DNA of 63,175 bases, filler included, from Trichomonas gallinae (taxonomy: Eukaryota), in NCBI GenBank assembly GCA_008369845.1. It is 5 parts of 5 records of this genome, joined end to end, with 100 filler letters (N's around TTAATTAATTAA, not from the genome) between each part and the next. Parts side by side here need not be neighbours in the genome. Positions count along the whole stretch, not along the records: positions 37,148 to 59,677 come from MRSU01000051.1; positions 59,778 to 61,743 come from MRSU01000059.1; positions 61,844 to 63,175 come from MRSU01000064.1; 2 more parts are not named here. One strand, 5' to 3'. Below the pieces are notes generated by a model. That model was not told the origin of the DNA. It searched no databases and worked only from the letters and a program-made list of their open reading frames with translations. Of the stretch, positions 55,047 to 63,175 are shown one piece after another; the stretch's first letter is position 1; the number at the start of each line of letters is the position of its first letter. The translations under genes and the position numbers were made by a program.

Positions 55047-55632
55047 GAAATTGTCACCTTTTGTTATCGGAATTATATTATTTTTTCGCAAGAAGAAAGA
55101 TTTGGTCTAATTAGACCCTAAAAAGGCTATCTATACCTTGAAGTGAGTGGCCAATTTAGATATTTTTTTTTGTTGATTGTTGAGCTAGGGATCATTATAT
55201 CAGTAATCAAGGAAATAGCATATTAGAACGTAGAAATGATAACCAACAGCTTTTGAGTGCTCAAAAAGCGATATTTAAAATTAGTCAATCAAATATATCC
55301 TTGTTCAACCAAAATGGGTGCACTAATTAATTTATAATAACTATGCCATTAATTTCACATGTATAAAATAGCTTGAAAAACGAATGCAATATTGTTCATA
55401 TTTTATTGTGCGAGAAGCTACTCATTCATTCAAAAAAAGCAGTATACAGTCATTATATTCCATTTGATAATATAATGCAGCATCAAAAATCAAAAAAACA
55501 TAATTTAATTTTGATGAATTATCAATAAGTTATTAATTTATGAGCCACTCAATATATATTTTGAATATGAGTATTAATTTATATTGATAGATAAAAAAGG
55601 AAAATTAAATTGTTATAGAAAAAAGATTTATT

Positions 55633-56670
55633 TTACTGATCAAGAACCCAATCAATTGGGAGATACTGGAAAACTAAACCACCTTGATCATTAAGTGACT
55701 CGAACAAAAGGCCAAGGTCATCGTTTCTCATTGGTGAGAGGGAGGAGTACTGAGATTCACCAGGGTAAATCTGCTTGCCACTGCTGAATGTCTTGCCGCT
55801 GTCCTTAGAGAACTTAATTGTCATGTTCTTTCTTCCATAGTTAGAGTTTGGATTGGAGAAGAGGAGCATGCTTCTATCGCCAGCATGGTAGTTGATGAAG
55901 GAAGCATCACAAGCTGGATCTGGGAGATCTGGTCTTGGTTCAGAGTGAACAAGATTGCCATCTGGATCATATTCATAGAAGTATCTCTTTCCGGAGCCTG
56001 GCCACCTAGCGTTGATGAGGATGTTGCCATTGTCAAGGACAAGGATTGTTGTCTCATCAGCTGGCTTGTTCAATCCACTGAAAAGCGTCCAGTTTCTTCC
56101 GTGGTTCTTAGACTGGATGATGTAGCAACCACCCTGGGAGTAGTCAACGAGTGTCTGGTAAAGGTAGCCATTTTGAGCCTGGGCGATCTTGCCGGATGTG
56201 ATGAACTTGAAATGCTTTTCAGCACCTGGTGGCATGATTTGATCTGTGATATCGATTGGATCAGACCAGTTCTTGCCGCCGTTGGATGAGAATCTGATGT
56301 GGTGCTTGTAAATTTGATTCAAGTGTTCCATATAGTTGTACATTAAAACAATTTCTGATGTAACTTTGTTGAGAACTGATGAGCAGTCAGAAGCAGAAGC
56401 ACCCTTTGGGAAATCAACGAATCTCTGAACTGGAGACCATGTAGCGCCATTGTCTGTAGAGAATCTGCCGACGATCTTAATCTCATCGTTGCTATTCAAG
56501 TCACCGCAGTGGTTGTATCTCTGATCAGCGAAAGCAATTAATGTGCCATCAGCTGCTGTTGTGAGACTTGGGATTCTATAGCATCCACCCTTAAGTGGAT
56601 CCTTCTTATCGAACAATAGTTGGAATGGTTTTGGTGTCGGAGGTGCACGCAAAAGAAGAGAAAACATCAT
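55633..56670 (-). CDS. Sialidase/neuraminidase (GH33, BNR/Asp-box)
   Basis: YRIP motif, Asp boxes STDNGATW, SSNGGKNW, SKNHGRNW and SKDSGKTF, plus candidate catalytic residues in DET, NAR, GRKN and QYSSL. ATG at 56670. Confidence 0.92.
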   Translation of the reverse strand: MMFSLLLRAPPTPKPFQLLFDKKDPLKGGCYRIPSLTTAADGTLIAFADQRYNHCGDLNSNDEIKIVGRFSTDNGATWSPVQRFVDFPKGASASDCSSVLNKVTSEIVLMYNYMEHLNQIYKHHIRFSSNGGKNWSDPIDITDQIMPPGAEKHFKFITSGKIAQAQNGYLYQTLVDYSQGGCYIIQSKNHGRNWTLFSGLNKPADETTILVLDNGNILINARWPGSGKRYFYEYDPDGNLVHSEPRPDLPDPACDASFINYHAGDRSMLLFSNPNSNYGRKNMTIKFSKDSGKTFSSGKQIYPGESQYSSLSPMRNDDLGLLFESLNDQGGLVFQYLPIDWVLDQ

Positions 56671-57062
56671 CTTTTTTTTTGAAAAAAAAAAAATCATTAC
56701 TCTCAATTTATAACCTGTAGTTTCATGGACCGTTGCAAAACTGTGATATATCTGTTTTATACACCATAAGGTCCTATTTTCACAAGCAAAAAAGCAAAAT
56801 CTTATATTTTCAAAAAAGATGACAGCTTACAACATCAAAGATGGAAGAGTTTTCTTTTGCCAAAATGATGTATAGATCATATATAAATGATTGATTTGGT
56901 CAATGAGTTCCAACAGTGAGGTTCGTAATCATGACCATATTGTTTTATTCATTTCATGGTTATTGGATGAACGAAACATTAAATATGATGATCAAAAATC
57001 GTAAAAAAAGAAAATTCCAAAAATGGCATTTCTATAAATCAGAGTTCAAAAGCAAAAAATTT

Positions 57063-57068
57063 AAAAAA
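57063..57068 (-). terminator. Pol III T-run terminator of tRNA-Tyr
   Basis: T6 on the minus strand, 3 nt past the discriminator base. Confidence 0.75.
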
Positions 57069-57071
57069 GTT

Positions 57072-57154
57072 TCCGACCAACCGGATTCGAACCAGTGACC
57101 CCGGGATTACCACAAATCTACAGTCCCATGCTCTTCCAACTGAGCTATGGTCGG
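57072..57154 (-). tRNA. tRNA-Tyr(GTA) with 10-nt intron (57108-57117)
   Basis: CCGACCA/TGGTCGG acceptor stem, D arm TAGCTCAGTTGGAAGAGC, anticodon arm TGGGA-CT-GTA-G-[ATTTGTGGTA]-A-TCCCG, T arm GGTTCGAATCC. 83 nt minus the intron gives 73 nt. Confidence 0.97.
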
Positions 57155-57213
57155 TTACGTTTACTCAATTTATTTTGATTTTCAGATAATTAAAAATAAA
57201 TTTGCGAAATCAA

Positions 57214-57276
57214 AATTTTAATTGTCAAATATAAATTTATTTGTCAAATATAAATTTTATTTGTCATAAAATTTTA
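57214..57276. repeat. Short tandem repeat, 19-20 bp x 3, in the 5' flank of the tRNA
   Basis: TTGTCA units at 57222, 57241 and 57261 (TTGTCAAATATAAATTT...). Confidence 0.75.
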
Positions 57277-57515
57277 AACTCATTTGCCTATTAGAATCTT
57301 TTATAATAATTACTCCTAAAAGAATCCGATCATTGAATGATACTCTTATGAGTCAACTGAACTTAAAACTCAATGATATTTTAATTATAATTAAAATCTT
57401 TGATTATCAACTAATTATGAAAAACATTTGTCATTTAAAATCAATTTCCATCAATATAGAGCTTACGTATGTCAACCAAAAGAGTCAAACATTCAAATTT
57501 TTTTTGTGTTTATCA

Positions 57516-57992
57516 TTAAACGAAAACCTTATCGAGGTGAGCGTGAAGCTTCTTGATATGGTGTTCAATGTTGAAGTGTCTAGAGAAAGCATTGTAGAGG
57601 TCAACGAATGGGAGCTTTGTGAAGCCAACATAAACATATGAAGCATAGAGTGGCCACTATGTGTGCTCACCGCCATTGCCTTCCCAAGCGTTCTTTGGAT
57701 CCTTAGTGTTCTCTTCTGTGGAACCGAATGTAGCTGAAACTAAGATCTTCTTTGGCTTCTTCTCAGCCTTTGAGCCCATAAAAGCATCGACGACATTCTC
57801 GACGTATTCATTAGCCTTGCTTGGGAGCTGGTACCACCATGTTGGTGTCTGGAAGATGATAAGATCAGTCCAAAGGTACTTCTCGACTTCATCTTCGACT
57901 TTGTAGCCTTTTGGAAGGTTGGAAATCTTGACTTCATGACCCTTAGCCTTGAGATACTTTTCGGCCTCTAAAGCGAGTGTCTCGTTGAGTGC
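57516..57992 (-). pseudogene. Flavodoxin-like-fold NAD(P)H:quinone/flavin reductase (MdaB/Flavodoxin_2 type) pseudogene
   Basis: Manual translation: ALNETLALEAEKYLKAKGHEVKISNLPKGYKVEDEVEKYLWTDLIIFQTPTWWYQLPSKANEYVENV...ILVSATFG...GEHT*WPLYASYVYVGFTKLP...HLDKVFV*. In-frame TAG at 57657-57659 and no in-frame ATG or N-terminal strand. Confidence 0.85.
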
Positions 57993-58312
57993 AAAATGAA
58001 GTGATTCATATAAACTTTCCTTTCAATGAAGTTGAAATTAAGGTTGGAAATCTTGACTTCATGACCCTTAGCTGCATAATCACATGTTTGAGTGTTATAA
58101 CTCACCAATTTTTCTATTCTTAATCAATTCCTTTTAGCAAAAAGTGAATCTATTTTATCATATATTATTATTTTACTCAATACACTCAAATTTATTTAAT
58201 ATATGTAAATTTCCTATCGTAGAATCTATTATACGAGTGATTAAAGGCTAAAATTATTTATAATAAAGACAAAGTTAGAATTGATTTTGTTAAATTGAGA
58301 CAGAGCAAATCA

Positions 58313-59353
58313 TTATATAATAATTTCAGAAATGGAGTAACCATGAAGGAAAGGAAGTTTTGGACAGCAAAATTCGCAAATTGATTCAATGAAGCTCCTT
58401 CTGTGATTAAGCAACTCATTGGCATCAATAATAAGCTGGTCCATGTTCCACTTTTCAAAGTGGAGGATCTCTTCAAGGACATTAACACATTCTGGTGAAA
58501 ATTGGATTTGATGGATATGTGCAATTGTGAATGCGCTAATCATATGATCGTAATTTTCGAGCCTTCCAAATATCTGATCCCAAATTCTGAATGTATCATC
58601 CAAATCGTGCTCATCAGCGAATAATAATAATTCGAATCTTACGCCAAACAAGAGCAATGATGCTCCATTATTAGAAAGTCTGTTATATTTCTCTCTGTCG
58701 TAGTTTAAAAGAACATTATCAAGATGATTAAAATGCTTCACAAGCTCTGGTTGATTATCGAGTAACCTTGACATTGGAATAAGACTGAGAGTATTGCAGA
58801 GGAGATTGTAAGCAATAGCCTCTCCGAATTCAACTGGAAGATTTCCTTTTTGGCATAAAAGTAAACACATTGCATAATAAATGAATCCATATCTGTCATA
58901 TCCTTGCGTGTAAACAATTTCAGGATGTTCTCTTGCTAGAATAGCGAACATACGAGAGATTCTGAATTCAGCATCGTTATTCTTCTTTAAATCAACACCA
59001 AGTGCCGGAGCAACTGCATTATACCAATTTACTGTACGTGGAAAATCGTTTTTCATCGTTACTTCACTCTTTGTTGAAACAATCGAAAGTGGATCATCTG
59101 AATCCTTCTCGAAATAGAATTTAACATGTTCATAATATGTTTCTGTAACCTTAAGAAGGCTTGGCACCCACTTTTCTCTTGACTGGTAAATGATTTTCAA
59201 GCAGATTAAATAAGAAATAAGTCGGTCTACTGGATTTTTGTTGGCTTTATCAACCAAAAGGAACTTCCTTGCATCCATGTAGTTGAAAATCATTCCCTCT
59301 CCGAGTCTGAGGGCCTCAGTGATCTGGTATTCATCAGGAGTACGAAGTTGCAT
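58313..59353 (-). CDS. TBC-domain Rab-GAP family protein
   Basis: DFPRT (DxxRT), YTQGYD (YxQG), and RFELLLFADEHDLDDTFRIWDQIF. Confidence 0.85.
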   Translation of the reverse strand: MQLRTPDEYQITEALRLGEGMIFNYMDARKFLLVDKANKNPVDRLISYLICLKIIYQSREKWVPSLLKVTETYYEHVKFYFEKDSDDPLSIVSTKSEVTMKNDFPRTVNWYNAVAPALGVDLKKNNDAEFRISRMFAILAREHPEIVYTQGYDRYGFIYYAMCLLLCQKGNLPVEFGEAIAYNLLCNTLSLIPMSRLLDNQPELVKHFNHLDNVLLNYDREKYNRLSNNGASLLLFGVRFELLLFADEHDLDDTFRIWDQIFGRLENYDHMISAFTIAHIHQIQFSPECVNVLEEILHFEKWNMDQLIIDANELLNHRRSFIESICEFCCPKLPFLHGYSISEIII

Positions 59354-59677
59354 CGATAATAAATGCCGATCATCTTTTGAATACTCGCCTCACAAACATC
59401 CCGATCAAAAATTTTTCGCTTTCTAGCTAATTTTCCTCCGCCGGCCATGTATGGGGTCCATTACTACTTATATTTGGGTATTACAGCATGTAGCTTGGTT
59501 TTAGGCCATTCGGTCCTCGAGGTTCTAAAATTGTTCAATGATGAGCAAAATTTTGACATGTAAACTTATTTTGATTTGTAAGGTGGCAACTTTTGTGTTG
59601 TTTTTAAAACATTTGAGTACTTTGCTAAAATTGAATGTGTTTTACCTATGTTTTGTTTTCATCCTAAAAATATTTAA

Positions 59678-59777
59678 NNNNNNNNNNNNNNNNNNNNNNN
59701 NNNNNNNNNNNNNNNNNNNNNTTAATTAATTAANNNNNNNNNNNNNNNNNNNNNNNNNNNNNNNNNNNNNNNNNNNN
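59678..59777. other. Assembly gap with artificial linker
   Basis: N44-TTAATTAATTAA-N44. Confidence 0.97.
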
Positions 59778-60552
59778 TCTAATTTGAAAATTATTTTTGA
59801 TATTAGATTTCTTTTTGCTTTTATGACATGATAATACAATAGTATGTTAACAATGTCAAATTGGAGTAAAATGCATGCTTATGCATTTTTGGTCAAAACA
59901 CACGTAGCAGCATGCATGACCCCCTACCCATGAATGATAAATCCATTTTGGTGTCACCCCTCACTAACTATGTCGGTCGAGCCTTAAAGATCCAATTATT
60001 GCAAAATCCATCACGATTTTTATAATAAAACGAAGAACAGTTGTAAAAATGCTCAAAACAGAAAAAGAAAGGAAAAATCTAATCAATAATTTTTTGTTGA
60101 ATAATTCGTAATCCACATATAATATTAATAATATATTTCATATTATAAAGCAAATGATGGAATGACAACAACTTTATTCTTATCATAAAAAAATGATTTG
60201 ACCATTTTTTTTAACAATTCCATGCTAATTTCTCAAAAAAAAAAAAAATACATCATTACGATTACTCCTTTTTAATTCATATGCATACAAATCTCAAGCT
60301 TTTTCTAATCTCTGTAATTAAAAAAAAATTATATTCTTTAATATTATTCTAATGCATAAACGACAATATATATATAATTTGTGCTGTGCCTTAAAATAGG
60401 TTTATTTCGGGCATGTTATGCTGTCTTCATCATCAATAGAAATAAGTCTATAAATTAGCAAAATGCATGTTTTTAAAGCATCATCCTTTCTAAAATTGTG
60501 CTGACATTTGTGTATCGGATTGGTCAAAAGATGACAAAAATAATCTTTTTCT

Positions 60553-61485
60553 ATGATAATGAATTCCCGGAAAGATTTTAGCATGAGAAAAACTATTCTG
60601 GAAATAAACGAGCCTAATAGTTACACAGAAGGTCAGCATACTATCTCAAATTCAATTTTATGTAATTTCATATCGCGTGCTATTTTTTTTAATACCTCAA
60701 ACTCAAACAGCAAACTTTTGATTGAATACTGTTCATTTTTGTATGATTCAAGCAATGGAGATGGTGGTGCTGTTTATTATCGTGAATATGGAGAAATAAT
60801 TTTCTCTCGAGTCAATGGAATGAATTGCAATTGTAATAATGAATTTGGTAATTTTGCATACACAATCAATAAAAATTCCAGTTGTTCGTTGAATTATTCT
60901 TGCCTATCTTTATGCAGTACTGAGATGGAAGGATATTATGCTTTCTTTTTTAACTTTGGATATCATGAGATATCAGACACAAACATTTCATATTGCAAAG
61001 GAAAATATGCAGGTTTTTTATTTTTGAACTCAAGTTCAGAATCATTCGCACAATTATCAAATTTTTATAATCAAACAGCAAATAAATTTTCATATGCTTT
61101 TAAAAGTTTTAAAATTGATATGAAAACCATCAAATGCAACTACATTCAAAATTTTGTAAAATATTTGATAAACTCTTCAGAAGAAGCCAAACTATTCGTA
61201 GAAAACTGTAATTTTTTAAACAATAAAGCAGATGTTTTGTTTTTTTCCATTAATAGTGGAAGAATTAATGCGATCAATTGCTGTTTATATGATAATTCAT
61301 TCAACTATTCAACATTAGGCAGAAGTAATTCATTCGATTTAAGCAGAATTAATGGAGATGTCTGCCCAGGTGTATTTCAATTTGAACTAGTTACGTTTGA
61401 TCTTGCAACATGTAATGTAATTCGTAAGAGCCAAAATACACAACTGTTTCGAAATTTATACAAATTGAGATTTAAACGGCGTTGA
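60553..61485 (+). CDS. Hypothetical Asn/Cys/Phe-rich right-handed beta-helix-like protein (Pmp-like GGA motif)
   Basis: LLIEYCSF...DGGAVYY, repeated xCNFxxN units (KCNYIQN, ENCNFLNN, NCCLYDN). Exact start codon uncertain. Confidence 0.65.
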   Translation: MIMNSRKDFSMRKTILEINEPNSYTEGQHTISNSILCNFISRAIFFNTSNSNSKLLIEYCSFLYDSSNGDGGAVYYREYGEIIFSRVNGMNCNCNNEFGNFAYTINKNSSCSLNYSCLSLCSTEMEGYYAFFFNFGYHEISDTNISYCKGKYAGFLFLNSSSESFAQLSNFYNQTANKFSYAFKSFKIDMKTIKCNYIQNFVKYLINSSEEAKLFVENCNFLNNKADVLFFSINSGRINAINCCLYDNSFNYSTLGRSNSFDLSRINGDVCPGVFQFELVTFDLATCNVIRKSQNTQLFRNLYKLRFKRR

Positions 61486-61743
61486 TTAAAATTTAATATG
61501 TTATTTTTTGGAATCACATCCTTTGAAATTTTCATTTAAAAAAATTATTTATAATGCATAAAATTTCCATCAAATGACGACTTCTATTAAGTAAAAAATT
61601 TCAATAATTCCAAAAATATTGAAATATATTTATATACAAATATCATAAATCAAATCTAGATATTGGACTTTAGTCCTATTGTCTCCGGTAGCCGGCTAAC
61701 CTCCTCGAATTTCGGCAATCGGCCAAAATGGCTAAGGCCCTAA

Positions 61744-61843
61744 NNNNNNNNNNNNNNNNNNNNNNNNNNNNNNNNNNNNNNNNNNNNTTAATTAATTAAN
61801 NNNNNNNNNNNNNNNNNNNNNNNNNNNNNNNNNNNNNNNNNNN
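61744..61843. other. Assembly gap with artificial linker
   Basis: N44-TTAATTAATTAA-N44. Confidence 0.97.
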
Positions 61844-62248
61844 AGTTTAGTCTTAACGGTTAAACATAAATTATTAACTACGGAAAAGTTAAAGCAACTT
61901 ATTTTTGCTTCAAAAGCATTAACAACTCGAGTTTTGGTTTTGTTTCCTACTCTCACTTTTATTATGGCCTCCTTCACCAAAGTTGCTTATTAATCAATTT
62001 TTTGAGCACTATAATAGAAGGAGATAAAATCTATACTTACAACGAATATACATATATCACATTTCATATCAAAATTCATTATTGCGAGGTTGATTATTTG
62101 TGCAAAATTATGGTTCACCCGAGGGAGAAAGGTGACATTATACTCCCACTTTTTTTCATAAAAATTGACATTCTCAATTCAAAACCAAGGCTCGTGATCA
62201 CGTATTGGTAGAATCGAATGTATAGGTTAATTGAATATGGAAAAGGCT

Positions 62249-62998
62249 TTATTCGAAGAGTGCTGGGCTGGATGCGCCAATACGAGAAGCACCAGCTGCG
62301 ATAACAGCGCGGGCAGCTTCCTTAGTGCGAACACCACCAGCAGCCTTAACGCCGAACTTTGGACCAACAACTTTCCTCATGATTGCAACATGTTCTGGAG
62401 TTGCGCCTGCCTTGCCGAAACCAGTAGATGTCTTGACGTTATGGGCGCCACCAAGGACTGTAAGAATGGAAGCATCAACAATCTGATCATCTGTAAGGTA
62501 GCATGTCTCGATGATGCATTTGACGTAGCACTGTGGGACAGCAGCAACGATCTCGGTGATATCTTGGCGGACCTTCTTGTAGTCACCCTCGATAAGGGCG
62601 CCGATGTCGATAACCATATCGATTTCCTGAGCACCAGCATTAGCAGCCTCCTTAGACTCGAAAGCCTTAGCAGCTGATGTTGTAGCACCAAGTGGGAAGC
62701 CAACAACTGAAGCGATACGGATGTTTGTGCCGGCTAATTGCTCCTTGCAGATATGAACACGGTTTGGATTAACGCAAACAGCGATTGTGTGGTACTTCTT
62801 GGCCTTTTCGCAGAGAGCAATGATATCTTCCTTTGTTGAGAAAGCTGTAAGAACTGTGAAATCGACATGGCCAGCGATGTTTTCTGGATCCTTGCAGAAT
62901 GTTGGATCCTCTGGTGCAGCAGCGAGCTTGGTGCGAACCTCGTCAGCTGTGATACCAAGTTGCTTAGCAACGTACTCAACACGCTCTGGATATTCCAT
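62249..62998 (-). CDS. deoC: 2-deoxyribose-5-phosphate aldolase
   Basis: VCVNP, VVGFPLGA, GAQEIDMVI, KCIIETCYL, VKTSTGF (Schiff-base Lys), VKAAGGVR and GASRIGAS. Confidence 0.96.
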   Translation of the reverse strand: MEYPERVEYVAKQLGITADEVRTKLAAAPEDPTFCKDPENIAGHVDFTVLTAFSTKEDIIALCEKAKKYHTIAVCVNPNRVHICKEQLAGTNIRIASVVGFPLGATTSAAKAFESKEAANAGAQEIDMVIDIGALIEGDYKKVRQDITEIVAAVPQCYVKCIIETCYLTDDQIVDASILTVLGGAHNVKTSTGFGKAGATPEHVAIMRKVVGPKFGVKAAGGVRTKEAARAVIAAGASRIGASSPALFE

Positions 62999-63175
62999 TT
63001 ATTTCGAAAGTGAAGCAAAAATTTTTCATCGTTGTTCAGAAAATGTTTTTCCTTGTTTAGGACAAAAGGGGGGAACTCCACTTTTTAAAAGTGATATAAG
63101 AAAAACACCTCCTGCAGCTCTATCTAACGTTCCAAACTCCTAGATGCTAGTACATGCATATAGAGCAGGAAATGC

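Noticed and set aside
54582..55121. Long antisense or alternate-frame ORFs over flavodoxin, and likewise over CapZ, sialidase, deoC, HECT, importin, DNAJC3 and the UBL-UBA gene
   Set aside because: Expected by-products of codon bias in real genes, with no recognisable motifs.
56671..56706. TTG/GTG-extended N-termini given by the track for sialidase, flavodoxin (55091), phosphatase (13378) and the 42497 ORF
   Set aside because: The extensions run through AT-rich leader or promoter motifs. A nearby ATG gives a family-typical start.
57657..57659. Stop-codon readthrough or recoding of the TAG in the MdaB-like frame
   Set aside because: The gene also lacks a start and N-terminus, and other genes here use TAG as a true stop (e.g. 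the HECT ligase).
59463..59468. ACTACT as a Maverick/Polinton (AGT)n terminus
   Set aside because: Orientation would place the element over the TBC gene. No matching terminus, TSD or element genes are visible.
61844..62211. Short ORFs after the fourth gap (61792..61980 and 62002..62211)
   Set aside because: Non-ATG starts, no motifs and too short to support a call.

Overview
AT-rich, gene-dense eukaryotic DNA with no recognisable spliceosomal introns. It is very probably a Trichomonas (vaginalis-like) draft scaffold, judging by the BspA gene, Inr/AAAGTGAC core promoter motifs, very short 5' leaders and bacterial-type enzymes. Four 100-nt assembly gaps each carry the artificial linker TTAATTAATTAA. 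About 30 protein genes or gene relics are present: BspA-like LRR, a divergent Mediator MED12-like subunit, a frameshifted kinase, importin-beta-like, L-type lectin (ERGIC-53/VIP36-like), PPP phosphatase, UBL-UBA, HID1-like, a 2866-aa CUB/SPRY/HECT ligase, S8 subtilase, TRAPPC5, nucleoside 2-deoxyribosyltransferase, coiled-coil/DIL-like, DNAJC3, CapZ-beta, Rab, UBL-TM, ER Hsp70-family, AEC transporter, flavodoxin, GH33 sialidase, an MdaB-like pseudogene, TBC GAP and deoC. There is also an intron-containing tRNA-Tyr and several degenerate intergenic repeats. The most notable items are: (1) a small ORF joining a PIP-box-like motif to a stand-alone REV1-C-terminal-like domain, which seems to need a TTG start; (2) a recurrent upstream motif TGNCRYGTAAA, including a 7 x 30-bp phased array before the Rab gene; (3) an S8 peptidase with Asp at the oxyanion-hole position; (4) an MdaB-type reductase pseudogene that the ORF track missed. 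All family calls come from visual motif recognition, not database searches.
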